64,000 bases of DNA from an uncultured Acidobacteriota bacterium (GTDB taxonomy: Bacteria; Acidobacteriota; Terriglobia; UBA7540). The stretch is taken from contig CAWDSK010000003.1 in the NCBI GenBank assembly GCA_963804995.1, forward strand, positions 992,001 to 1,056,000. Reading direction: 5' to 3'. Of this stretch, positions 51,043 to 61,106 are shown piece after piece (position 1 is the first letter of the stretch; each line of letters starts with the position of its first letter). The notes beneath the pieces were generated by a model that saw only the letters and a program-made list of their open reading frames with translations, had not been told where the DNA came from and searched no databases. The position numbers were made by a program, and so were the translations under genes.

Positions 51043-51192
51043 TTACTCTTTGGCATTTCGCACATTTCTCACAACGTCCCGACTCCAATATACATAGCCC
51101 CCTCGAAGCGAGCGCTGAAACGGAAATCGAAGCTGCGTGCTCTTGCCGGTGCCGTCAATCCCTTCGAAAGTGATGAAGAGGCCGGGTTGCAT
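51043..51192 (-). pseudogene. tmk: 5' stub of the native thymidylate kinase
   Basis: MQPGLFITFEGIDGTGKSTQLR followed by unrelated sequence and a stop at codon 50. Confidence 0.85.
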
Positions 51193-51207
51193 TGTTCGCT
51201 TGCCCTT

Positions 51208-51330
51208 TGTCAGTTGTCCGTTGTCAGTTGCGCGGGTCGCGACTGCGGATTACAGGGTTTGGGATTCAGGTCACACCCCTTGGGTTCAGCCATGTCACCC
51301 GAACCCATCAACGGACGACGCACTACGGAC
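51208..51330. repeat. Inverted heptamer tracts (TGTCAGT/TGTCCGT vs ACGGAC)
   Basis: Arms at about 51208-51229 and 51309-51330. Confidence 0.55.
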
Positions 51331-51477
51331 GTCTTTCTAATCCTGCATCCTAACACTCGCCGTGTGGCCGTAACAAGCTGCGAACGCGCGAGGCAACGAA
51401 TGGTAGAATGGCATCGTTTCAATTCGTCATCAGGTATCGGGAATGTGCGCCCCGCTCGACCGAGGTGAAGTCTTCCC

Positions 51478-52179
51478 ATGGAGAATGTAATCAGCATTAC
51501 AGAAAACGTGGCGCGCGTCGAAGAGCGCATCACCGCCGCCTGCCGGCGCAGCGGCCGCAAACGCGAGGAGGTGCGTCTGGTGGCAGTTTCGAAAACGCAT
51601 CCGCCAGAGCAAATTCGCGCGGCCTTTGATGCGGGCCTGCGTGACTTCGGTGAAAACCGGGTGCAGGAAGCAAAGGCCAAGCGGCCGGCGCTGGCAGACT
51701 TGGCCATTACCTGGCACCTGGTGGGGCATCTCCAAACCAACAAGGCGGGGGCCGCGCGCGAAATGTTCCATTGGGTACATTCTGTGGATTCTTGGCGCCT
51801 GGCTGAGAAGCTCGCGCAGCTCGCCTCGCCAGACGCTGCGCCCTTACCGGTGCTAATGGAAGTGAATTTGGGTGAGGAGGCATCCAAAGCGGGCATGCGC
51901 GTGGCCGATGTGCTGGATAGCGCTGCGCAGATTGGTCAGCTTCGAACGCTCGACCTGCGTGGCCTGATGGTGATTCCTCCGTTTCTCGAGGATCCCGAAC
52001 AGGTCCGGCCGTACTTCCGGCAATTACGCAGACTGGCGCGTGAGATTGAGGCGCACAACTTGCCGAACGTCTCGATGCGCGAACTTTCCATGGGCATGAG
52101 CCACGATTTCGAAGTGGCCATCGAAGAAGGCGCCACGATCGTACGCGTGGGAACGGCAATCTTTGGAGCGCGTGGTTAG
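51478..52179 (+). CDS. yggS: PLP homeostasis protein YggS
   Basis: LVAVSKT, FGENRVQE, WHLVGHLQTNK, HSVDS, LSMGMSHDF..AIEEGAT.VRVGTAIFG. Confidence 0.96.
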   Translation: MENVISITENVARVEERITAACRRSGRKREEVRLVAVSKTHPPEQIRAAFDAGLRDFGENRVQEAKAKRPALADLAITWHLVGHLQTNKAGAAREMFHWVHSVDSWRLAEKLAQLASPDAAPLPVLMEVNLGEEASKAGMRVADVLDSAAQIGQLRTLDLRGLMVIPPFLEDPEQVRPYFRQLRRLAREIEAHNLPNVSMRELSMGMSHDFEVAIEEGATIVRVGTAIFGARG

Positions 52180-52302
52180 GAATGCAGGATTTCGACCCGG
52201 GGTTGGAACAATGCTCCCAATAGCCTGGTGCAAGTTTGTTAATCGCTGAAACCTGACCGATGAGTACTGCATGCTGACACCTGGCACCTGACACCTTTTC
52301 AT

Positions 52303-52623
52303 ATGCCGGAATTCCAAATCGAACGCGAAAACGTGAGCTTCTGGTTGCGCGTCAAACCGCGTGCGGCCCGCGAGCGACTGACAGTGGACGCCTCCGGTGA
52401 GCTGCGCCTGGAGATCCACGCGCCTCCCACCGAGGGTCGCGCCAATGAGTCCTGCGTGCTATTCTTCGCCCGTGCTTTGCGCTTGCCCCAAGCTTGTGTT
52501 GTCATCCTCTCCGGCCACAAAGCGCGGCGCAAGTTGCTGCGCGTGACGGGGCGGTCGGCTGAAGAGACCGTTACACAGCTCAAAATCCTTGCGGCAGTGC
52601 CCGGGGACGGGAGGCCACGTTGA
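52303..52623 (+). CDS. DUF167 / YggU family protein
   Basis: VKPRA, APPTEGRAN, SGHKARRK. Confidence 0.88.
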   Translation: MPEFQIERENVSFWLRVKPRAARERLTVDASGELRLEIHAPPTEGRANESCVLFFARALRLPQACVVILSGHKARRKLLRVTGRSAEETVTQLKILAAVPGDGRPR

Positions 52624-53891
52624 GCTTCACCGAGCGGCTGGCGGAAATTCGTACGGGATTCAAGCCCGCCTTCTGGGTGGCGAATTTCACGGAACTTTTC
52701 GAACGCCTCGCTTACTACGGCGCGAGCGCGGTGCTGGCCATTTACCTCACCGAGCAACTGCATTTTTCGAAAGAAGTCACCGGCTGGATGATGGGGACTT
52801 TCGGATTTGTGGTCTGGTTGCTGCCGGTGTTGGGGGGGACGCTCGCTGACCGCTTCGGCTTTCGCCGCGCGCTGATGTTCGCGTATCTGGTGATGACCAT
52901 CGGCTACTTTCTGCTGGGATCACTTTCCGCCCCGTGGATGCAGGGGGCGCGCCAAGCCCTCGGCGACAAGTGGCTGGTCTTTGTCATCCTGATGGTTCCA
53001 GCGCTGGGGCCCGCGGTGGTCAAACCCTGCGTGGCAGGAACGACGGCGCGCGCTTCGGCGGAGAACGTCCGCTCCATCGGCTATTCCATTTATTACACGA
53101 TCGTCAATATCGGCGGCACGCTCGGCCCGGTAATGGCCTGGCTGGTACGCAAGCAACTGGGTTGGGGCATGGAAAATGTCTTTCGCGTTTCCGCCCTTAG
53201 CGTTTTCCTGATGTTCCTTGTCACCCTGGGCTTCTTTCACGATCCGGATCATTCCGGCGAACAGAGGGTGGCGAGCGTTGCGGTCGCCATCCGCAACATG
53301 TTCGTAGTTCTCGGCAATTTCCGCTTTGTTCTATTCCTGCTCATCTTTTCGAGTTTTTATATCGTCTTCTGGCAGGAATTCATTTCTGCGCCATTGTTCT
53401 TGCGGGGCTACGTGGACCCGAACGCCAATGCCGATCTGCTGCTTTCGATCGATGCGCTCACGGTGATCTGCTTCCAAATACTGGTGAGCTATCTGACCCG
53501 CAAGATTCCGACTTTTCCTGCGATGACCTTGGGTCTGCTCATTTCGAGTCTGTCCTGGTTAATCCTGGCCATCCATCCGTCAACCCTGGGACTGGGAGCG
53601 GCACTAGTGGTGTTGGCGCTTGGTGAAATCACCCAATCGGCGCGCTACTACGAATACATCTCGCGGCTCGCGCCTTCGGGCCAGCAGGGGCTCTATATGG
53701 GCTACGCATTCCTCCCCATTGCCATCGGGTATTTTATCGCCGGACCGCTGGGCGGATACCTTCTGCATGAGTTCGGCGACGTCCTGCACCGGCCGCAGCA
53801 AATGTGGTGGGTGGTCACGGCGGTGGGACTGGTGGGCGCCGTGATGATGGTGATCTATGACCGGGTCTTCAAACTTGGCGAAAAGACATGA
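52620..53891 (+). CDS. POT/PTR-like MFS peptide transporter
   Basis: ELFERLAYYG, GGTLADRFG, KP, YSIYY..VNIGG, ALGE, LAP.GQQGLYMG. Confidence 0.88.
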   Translation: MSFTERLAEIRTGFKPAFWVANFTELFERLAYYGASAVLAIYLTEQLHFSKEVTGWMMGTFGFVVWLLPVLGGTLADRFGFRRALMFAYLVMTIGYFLLGSLSAPWMQGARQALGDKWLVFVILMVPALGPAVVKPCVAGTTARASAENVRSIGYSIYYTIVNIGGTLGPVMAWLVRKQLGWGMENVFRVSALSVFLMFLVTLGFFHDPDHSGEQRVASVAVAIRNMFVVLGNFRFVLFLLIFSSFYIVFWQEFISAPLFLRGYVDPNANADLLLSIDALTVICFQILVSYLTRKIPTFPAMTLGLLISSLSWLILAIHPSTLGLGAALVVLALGEITQSARYYEYISRLAPSGQQGLYMGYAFLPIAIGYFIAGPLGGYLLHEFGDVLHRPQQMWWVVTAVGLVGAVMMVIYDRVFKLGEKT

Positions 53892-53949
53892 TCATTGTTG
53901 GTGAAGCACATCTGCGCATGCTGGGTGATTTTCAGAGAGGGAACATCAG

Positions 53950-56491
53950 TTGAGAATTCGACCCCTTGCACTTTTTCTTGGCGTGATGATTCTGGGGATG
54001 GCGCGCGCTGCATCCGGGCAGAGCAGCGGCAACCTGGCCGATTGGACGATCTACGTAACGAACGACACGTGTCCTGATTACACGTGGGGATTCTCTGAGG
54101 ACGTGACGCGGAGAAGCTTTGCCGATCTGGTGCGGGCGCATCTGGATGAAATGCAGCGCACCGACGGCGAGCGCGTCGAGAACCGTGACCACTACAACAT
54201 GGCGGTGACGCAGGAGGCACTGTGCTTCCTCAAGGTACCCGGAGCGGCGCGATGAACTGGTTCGGCGCATTCACGAGGGCAGGGTGTTCGTCAGCCCCTT
54301 CCTCAATAACTCACTCTGGGGCTTCCAGAGTGTCGAAGGAATGATCCGCACGCTATATCCTGCCCGCCGCCTGGAACGAGGCTGGGGCATGCCTATGACG
54401 GTGGCCCATCACATTGAACTGCCCTCCTTGCCCTGGGGTGTCGCATCAATTCTCGCCGGCTGCGGAGTGCGCTGGCTGCTGGTGCCGTTCTACGATTTTG
54501 ACTCGACGTTTGCAAGTCTGGACAATCCACCGCTCTTTGCCTACGAAGGGCCGGACGGGGCACGACTGCGGGTCATCATGGACCCGTGGGCCTCAGGAAA
54601 ATGGAGCTATGCGCAAGGCGCCGCGGTGCTCGGCAATCCCGAACTGATTTCCCGACAGTGGCTGCCCCATTATGCAGGTTTGGGTGACAAGTACCCTTTA
54701 AAGGCGGTACTGGCCAGCGGCACGCACAGCGATTACTCGCCCCGGAGCGCGTCGCAGGCGCCGGGATTCGCCGACGCAATCATCCATTACAACGCGAGAC
54801 CGGGGCCGCATCCCCGACTGGTGAACGCCATTCTCCCCCAATTCACGGAACAGGTTGACCAGGAGGAAGCACACCGGCCCTTCTTGAGAGTCCTGCGCGG
54901 TTCGTTTGGAAATTCGTGGGAGTCGTGGCCGGTCAGCCTGGCGAAGTACGCAGCCGCCATGCGTGAGGGCGAGCGACGTTTCCTGGCGGCGGAAGCGTTG
55001 ATGGCCCTGGCAGGGTGGCGAAACCCTTCGGCGGTAGACTCCAGTCGCCCCGACCGCGAACGCGCTGAATGGGATTTGGCAATGCTCGGCGATCACGCTT
55101 GGAACGGCGCGGACGAAACCAACAAGCAAGTGAATGCGGCTCTGCGGCGGAAGTGGTCGGAAGAGTTGTTGTCAATTGACCAGCGGCTGGCCCGCCAGGC
55201 ATGGGCCGGAATTGGGCTCAAGGAGCACTCGGATTCATTAATCGTATTCAACAGTCTGAGTTTCCCGCGCACGGGCCTGGTTTGCGTGGAGCCGGCGCCG
55301 GGCGTGACCGGCGTAGCGACCGAAACGTCGGGGCTGAATGCCCAGTGGGTCGATGAAAACGGCCGGCACGTGTTGTGCTTTGTATCGCCCAGGGTGGAGG
55401 GGTTTGGATTCAAGCGCCTGCTCATGACGCGAAGTTCGACCACACCCGCGAGGGCGGAGAACCGCCTTCGCGCGACTGACCGCGAATTGGAAAGCCCTTA
55501 CTACAGTCTAACGGTTGACCCGGCAACGGGCGGAATCTCGAATCTGGTGTGGAAGGCCACCGGCAGGCAGCTCCTCAAGAGTAGCCAGGGACGGACGGTT
55601 GGGCAAACCCTCTTTTTTGACGGGCAAGACCATCCGCTCGAAGATGTGAAGTCGGAGGTTGTCTCTACCGGGCCGGTGCTGGCGCGGTTGAAGATTGTGG
55701 GGCGAACCGCCGGCATTGATCTTACGACCTTTGTGACGGTCTATGCTGATCTCGATCAGGTTGATTTTGATATGCGTGTAAAGAAGCCCCTCTCGTCACA
55801 AGAACAGCGGCTGACGCACATTTTTCCCGTAATACCATCGGGGGCAATGCTGCGAATTGAAACCACTGGGGCGGTGGTTCGGCCGCAAATGCAACCCGCG
55901 GGGGATATGTTGCCAGGCTCGGACTTGCGGCGCTTGGTGGTGCAGGGGTTCGTCGATGCTTCTCTCGCGGGGGGTGAGGGAGTTACCCTGGCCCCCCTCG
56001 ATTCCTTCCTCCTGCGCGCCGACCTGGATGCTGTGACTTTTGAAGCCCTGGGCAACGATCAGGACTACAAAGAGGTGATCAGGGACCAGGCTGGAGAGAC
56101 GGAGTTCCGCTTTCGTTACAGCCTGCGAGCCCACCGGGGGGGTTACCAAAGCGCGGGCGCATTTGCCTGGAGCCGGAGTGCGGCTACTTCCTTGTTAACA
56201 GCTTGGGGTGAGTTATCGCGAAACTCCTTGCCCCGGCTGGTGGTAGATCAAGCCCGTGCCATCGCCACTGCTTTCAAGCCTGCGGACGAGGGGTCAGCAC
56301 GCGGGGTAATCGTTCGCCTGTGGGAGACGGGAGGAACTTTCGGACCGCTTCGGCTGGGCACAGGGGGGTTCCGGCGATCGTATCGCTGTGACCTGCTGGA
56401 ACGTGACCTGGGGGAATTGAGAATGGACGAGGGGGAAGTGGCGGTGCCGCTCGAAGCCAACGGTTTTGGATCAGTTCGGCTGGTTCGGTAA
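53950..56491 (+). CDS. Secreted glycoside hydrolase family 38-like protein (frameshift near 54232)
   Basis: Signal peptide; 'DTCPDYTW', 'DHAWNG', 'VFNSLSFPR', 'FKPADE...IVRLWET...CDLLER'. Confidence 0.65.
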
Positions 56492-56538
56492 CTCCCCAGA
56501 CGCGGTTACGCCCCCGGAGGGGGCGGGAAGGAAAACCT

Positions 56539-57720
56539 ATGGATCTTGAAGCAATTCAAGCTGCGTTGCGCGAAGCGAACCTGGATGGTTGGCTTTTCTA
56601 CGACCATCACCATCGTGATCCCATCGCCTATCGCGTGCTCAAGATTAACCCGGTGATGTGTACGCGCCGCTGGTATTACTTGATTCCCAAGCAGGGTGAG
56701 CCAGCGAAGCTGGTGCACCGTATCGAGTCACAAACCCTGGCGGGCTTGCCGGGCACCGAGGAGCGGTATTCCTCCTGGCGCGAGCAACGGGAGGGCCTGG
56801 GAAAGATGCTCGCGGGAAAACCTCGCATTGCAATGCAGTATTCCCCGCTCAATAACATCCCTTACGTGGGCCTGGTGGACGCCGGGACTGTGGAGCTGGT
56901 CAGAAGCTGCGGTGTTGACCTGGTCTCTTCCGCAGACCTCGTGCAGCAGTTCGAGGCGCGCTGGACAGAGGAACAGTTTCAGTCACACCTCGCGGCCGGT
57001 CAGGTGGTGCATGAGGCCGTCAGCGTGGCCTTCGCGACGATCCGCCAGGCTGTACGAGAAGGCAAGACGATTGGCGAATACGACGTGCAGCAGGAAATGA
57101 TGCGGCTGTTTGAGGCGCGGGGCGTCATCACGGACGAAGCTCCCAACGTGTCGGTTAATGCCAACACCGGCGACCCGCACTATTCACCTTCGCGCGAGAG
57201 CTCACAGCCTATTGCTGCCCGTGACTTTGTCCTGGTAGACGTTTGGGGCAAGCAGAACAAACCGGGCGCCGTCTACTTCGACATCACCTGGACGGGTTAC
57301 GTCGGTGAAGTTGTACCGCACAAATATGCGAAGATATTTGAAATCGTCCGCGAGGCGCGTGACGCAGCTATCAAGCTGGTCGAGAAGTCCATGCGTGCTG
57401 GTAAGCCCTTGCACGGCTATGAGGTCGATGACGTGGCGCGTGAGGCCATCACGGGAAGAGGGTATGGCGCTTTTTTTGTGCATCGCACCGGCCACTCGAT
57501 TGGTGAAGAGGTGCACGGCAACGGCGCCAACCTGGACAATCTTGAAACGCGCGACGAACGGCGGATCATCCCCGGAACCTGCTTTTCGGTTGAACCGGGC
57601 ATTTACCTGCATGATTTCGGTGTGCGCAGCGAAGTGAACATGTTTGTGGAAGAACGGGACGCGCGCGTGACCGGAGAAATCCAGCAGGCGATCGTGCCCA
57701 TCCTTGCTGCGCAACCCTGA
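56539..57720 (+). CDS. M24 family (Xaa-Pro) peptidase
   Basis: DPHY, LVDVW, DITWTG, HRTGHSIG..VHG, FSVEPGIY, GVRSE. Confidence 0.92.
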   Translation: MDLEAIQAALREANLDGWLFYDHHHRDPIAYRVLKINPVMCTRRWYYLIPKQGEPAKLVHRIESQTLAGLPGTEERYSSWREQREGLGKMLAGKPRIAMQYSPLNNIPYVGLVDAGTVELVRSCGVDLVSSADLVQQFEARWTEEQFQSHLAAGQVVHEAVSVAFATIRQAVREGKTIGEYDVQQEMMRLFEARGVITDEAPNVSVNANTGDPHYSPSRESSQPIAARDFVLVDVWGKQNKPGAVYFDITWTGYVGEVVPHKYAKIFEIVREARDAAIKLVEKSMRAGKPLHGYEVDDVAREAITGRGYGAFFVHRTGHSIGEEVHGNGANLDNLETRDERRIIPGTCFSVEPGIYLHDFGVRSEVNMFVEERDARVTGEIQQAIVPILAAQP

Positions 57721-57864
57721 GGTGTGTTAGCTTTTAGGGTTCCGCTTTGAGCGATGGCCTGCCTATTGTATCCAGCTTGGCGCCCTGCTTAACCGAGCGG
57801 AATCCATTATTACCCGATACTTCTATGTGAGGACGGCGGTGGCCGATCCTCCGATTTCAGCCTC

Positions 57865-58281
57865 ATGGCGAACAAAGCCGTTCAGGAAGCCGCAGCCGTC
57901 AAGGCCCAGCCTAAGCTAAGTGACTTGGTGCGATTGTGCGTGGCAGCGTGGCTGGTGCCCGGGCTAGGGCATTTCTTACTCGGCCGCAGGTGGCGGGCAC
58001 TGATCTTGTTTGCGTCGATTGTGGTGATGTTTCTAATGGGCATCGTCATGCAGGGTGAATTCTTCGCCACCGGCTCGGGATCGTATCTGCAGACATTAGG
58101 TTACTTCGGCGAGTTGTGCGTGGGCATTGCGATGCCCGCGGCGCGCTTTTTCGGGTATGCGGGGGGCGACCCGCTCTTCGTGAGCGCGGATTACGGAACG
58201 GCTTATTTGGTGGCAGCAGGAATGCTGAACGTGTTGGCGATTTTCGACGTATACGATATCGCCATGGGCAGAAAACCCTAG
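57865..58281 (+). CDS. Conserved membrane protein (DUF6677-like)
   Basis: AWLVPGLGH...DYGTAYLVAAGMLNVLAIFD. Confidence 0.7.
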   Translation: MANKAVQEAAAVKAQPKLSDLVRLCVAAWLVPGLGHFLLGRRWRALILFASIVVMFLMGIVMQGEFFATGSGSYLQTLGYFGELCVGIAMPAARFFGYAGGDPLFVSADYGTAYLVAAGMLNVLAIFDVYDIAMGRKP

Positions 58282-58391
58282 GGAAATTAATGAGTAAGCA
58301 AAAGACGAAACCCGAAACTAGTCGCGATTTTCGAGCTTCGATTTTCGAATTTCGGCCCTTGCTGTGTTGTAACTAGTCACAAGGTTCTAAA

Positions 58392-58565
58392 ATGGCTGTT
58401 CCGCATATTGTCGCAATGGTTCTGTTCTCCTTCCTGGTCTCCGTCGTGTTCGGAGTCCTTAGCAAAAATACGCCGCGCGAACGGTTGGTGTACGGCGCCA
58501 AAGTTTTTGCCGCTTTTGTGGGCATCGCACTGGTGCTAGGCTGGGTGATGTATCCCGTACCCTGA
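58392..58565 (+). CDS. Small 2-TM membrane protein (57 aa, missing from the ORF track)
   Basis: MAVPHIVAMVLFSFLVSVVFGVLSKNTPRERLVYGAKVFAAFVGIALVLGWVMYPVP*. Confidence 0.7.
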   Translation: MAVPHIVAMVLFSFLVSVVFGVLSKNTPRERLVYGAKVFAAFVGIALVLGWVMYPVP

Positions 58566-58716
58566 TCGCTAAGGACAAAGTTTCCAGCCCCGTGTCGCCT
58601 GCCTTGACTTCCCTGCGGTCCAGCCTTAGAGTAACCCTCACTTGCAAGCATAATCGTCCGCACAGCGACGGTCCCTCCCAAGGTGGAGCCACTTTTCTGG
58701 TGCGGAGGCTAACGAC

Positions 58717-59259
58717 ATGATTCTCTTGGCAGACACATCAGCGTTCGTCACCTTCCTGGCCATTGCCGCCTTTGGTTTCGTCTTCCTGATCGCCAGCTCG
58801 ATAATGGGCGACCTGTTCGAGCACGGTGACTTCAGCCACGACACGGATGGGCACGGCGCGGGGCCCAGCATCCTGAGCAGCCGCATCCTAAGTGTGTTCG
58901 TGACCGCGTTCGGCGCCTTTGGCGCCATCGGGATTCACCTGGGTTATGGGGTGGGTGTGAGCACTGCGATGGGCTTTGGAGGTGGGATACTGTTTGCGGG
59001 TGTAATCTACGCTTTTGCCAGCTTTCTCTATAGTCAACAAGCCACGAGCCATGTCCGGACAGGCGATCTAGCGGGGCATACAGCGCAGGTGAGCGTGGCG
59101 ATTCCCAAAGGTGGAATGGGCCAGGTGCGCTGCACCCTGGGCGATACGGTGGTGGAAAAGGTCGCCCGCGCCGCGAACAACGAGGAGATTCCCGTCAACA
59201 CTCTGGTCAAAATTAACGTCATCGCCGGGGAGGTCGTGTTAGTGGAGCGCATGGAGTAG
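58717..59259 (+). CDS. NfeD-like membrane protein (flotillin partner)
   Basis: TM helices, then 'LAGHTAQVSVAIP..GMGQV' OB-fold; upstream of flotillin. Confidence 0.82.
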   Translation: MILLADTSAFVTFLAIAAFGFVFLIASSIMGDLFEHGDFSHDTDGHGAGPSILSSRILSVFVTAFGAFGAIGIHLGYGVGVSTAMGFGGGILFAGVIYAFASFLYSQQATSHVRTGDLAGHTAQVSVAIPKGGMGQVRCTLGDTVVEKVARAANNEEIPVNTLVKINVIAGEVVLVERME

Positions 59260-59409
59260 CAGAAGAGTGAACGCTGTCGTGTGAAAAGTTTCGAGCAACC
59301 GAAAGATGAAAATCGAAACTCGCCGCGATTCCTGAGCTTCGATTTTTGAATTTCGGTCCCAGTTGGCTCGTTACTTGTCACTCGTCAATCTTGAGTTTCC
59401 CCCGGGAGG

Positions 59410-60990
59410 ATGATCATGCCCTTCTCACCCTTCGTCATTGGCCTGGCGGCCATTGCCGCCATCGCACTGCTCGTCGCAATTTCACGATTCGCCCGTAACT
59501 ACATCAAGGTACCGCCGAATGCGGTGGCGATTTTCAGCGGGCGCAAACACAAGTTGCCCGACGGCCGCATCGTGGGCTATCGCATGGTGCGGGGAGGCGC
59601 GGCGTTTCGTTGGCCGTTGCTCGAGCAGGTGGATTACCTGTCGCTTAACGTCTTCACGATTCCCCTGGAAATCAAGCGCGCCTATACGCTCAAAGGCGTG
59701 CCAATTTCCGTGAAGGCCGTGGCCAACGTGAAGATCAAGGGCGATGACATGTCGCTCTCGGCGGCCGCGGAGCGCTTCCTGGGCATGACGCATGACACGA
59801 TTCAGAAGGTGATTTTCCAAACGCTGGAAGGCCACTTGCGGTCGATCCTCGGCACGCTGACAGTGGAAGAGGTAAACAGCGACCGCGCCAGCTTTGCCCA
59901 GAAACTGACTTCGGAGGCTGCGCTGGACCTGGAGCGCATGGGTATTGGCGTGGACGTCCTGACTATCCAGGACATCAGCGACGAAGAAGGCTATCTCGAC
60001 GCCCTGGGCAAGAAACGCACGGCGGAAGTGAAACGCGATGGGACCATCGGCGAGGCGGAGGCCACACGCGACGCAAAGATCAAATCCGCCGTGGCGATGC
60101 AGGAAGGCGAGAAGGCGAAGTTTGACGCCGACGCTAACATTTCGAACGCGCAGCGCGACTTTCAGGTAAGGCAGGCGCAGTACCAGGCCGAAATCGAAAT
60201 GGAAAAGGCCAAGTCCGCACAGGCCGGCCCCCTGGCGGAGGCGAAAGCAAAACAGGCAGTAGTAGCTGAAGAAGTGCGTGTGGAGCGCACCCGCACGCAG
60301 GAACAGATCGCGGTCCAGGAACAGGAAGTGCTGCGCAAGCAGAAGGAACTTGAAGCCACGGTCATCAAGGCGGCAGAGGCGGAACGGCAGGCGGCCATCG
60401 TGCGCGCGGAAGCCAAGAAGCAGGCGGCAATCCTGGAAGCGGAAGGCCAGAAGGCCGCGCAAATCGCCCTGGCGCAAGCTCAACAAGAAAAACTGAAGCA
60501 GGAAGGTATGGGACGCGCGGCGGCGGTGGAAGCGGAAGGCCGCGCCGAGGCAGCGAAGATCGAGGCCATGGGCCTGGCGCAAGCGCGCGCCATTGAAGCG
60601 CAAGGCGTGGCGGAGGCCCAGGCCATCTTGAAGAAGGCGGAGGCGTGGCGCCAATTCAACGACGCAGCCAAATTGCAAACCCTGCTCGAGAAGCTGCCCA
60701 GTGTGCTGCAAGCCTCGGCAGGGATTTTTGGCGCTGTGGCTGCGCCGCTCGGGAATATCGACAAGGTTGTTGTCATTGAGCAGGGCAATGGCACGACGGG
60801 CAATGGCACGAGTGGGATCGGACGCATCGCCCAAGCGGGGCCGGCGCTGGTGTTCGGCTTGCTGCAACAACTCCAAGCCCTGGGCCTGGATATTCCCACG
60901 GTGCTGGCGCAACTCGGGGTCGAAGGCGAGAAGCTGACGGGAAAGCCCACAGCAGTAACGAGCGAAGAAAGCACGGGGAGGAAGGCATAA
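59410..60990 (+). CDS. Flotillin / SPFH domain protein
   Basis: TLEGHLRSILGTLTVEE, IQDISD..GYLDALG, AEA/EAE coiled-coil repeats. Confidence 0.94.
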   Translation: MIMPFSPFVIGLAAIAAIALLVAISRFARNYIKVPPNAVAIFSGRKHKLPDGRIVGYRMVRGGAAFRWPLLEQVDYLSLNVFTIPLEIKRAYTLKGVPISVKAVANVKIKGDDMSLSAAAERFLGMTHDTIQKVIFQTLEGHLRSILGTLTVEEVNSDRASFAQKLTSEAALDLERMGIGVDVLTIQDISDEEGYLDALGKKRTAEVKRDGTIGEAEATRDAKIKSAVAMQEGEKAKFDADANISNAQRDFQVRQAQYQAEIEMEKAKSAQAGPLAEAKAKQAVVAEEVRVERTRTQEQIAVQEQEVLRKQKELEATVIKAAEAERQAAIVRAEAKKQAAILEAEGQKAAQIALAQAQQEKLKQEGMGRAAAVEAEGRAEAAKIEAMGLAQARAIEAQGVAEAQAILKKAEAWRQFNDAAKLQTLLEKLPSVLQASAGIFGAVAAPLGNIDKVVVIEQGNGTTGNGTSGIGRIAQAGPALVFGLLQQLQALGLDIPTVLAQLGVEGEKLTGKPTAVTSEESTGRKA

Positions 60991-61106
60991 AACTAAGTCC
61001 CGGGTTCGGGGTCCAAAGCCGCGGGATGAGCTTCCTGGCTAATCTTCGGGAGCGGCTTCGATTCCCCCGCGTGGGGTGTGTCCGATAACCTGAAGAAGGA
61101 AATCGC

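Noticed and set aside
59482..60912. 476-aa minus-strand ORF
   Set aside because: Antisense shadow of flotillin.
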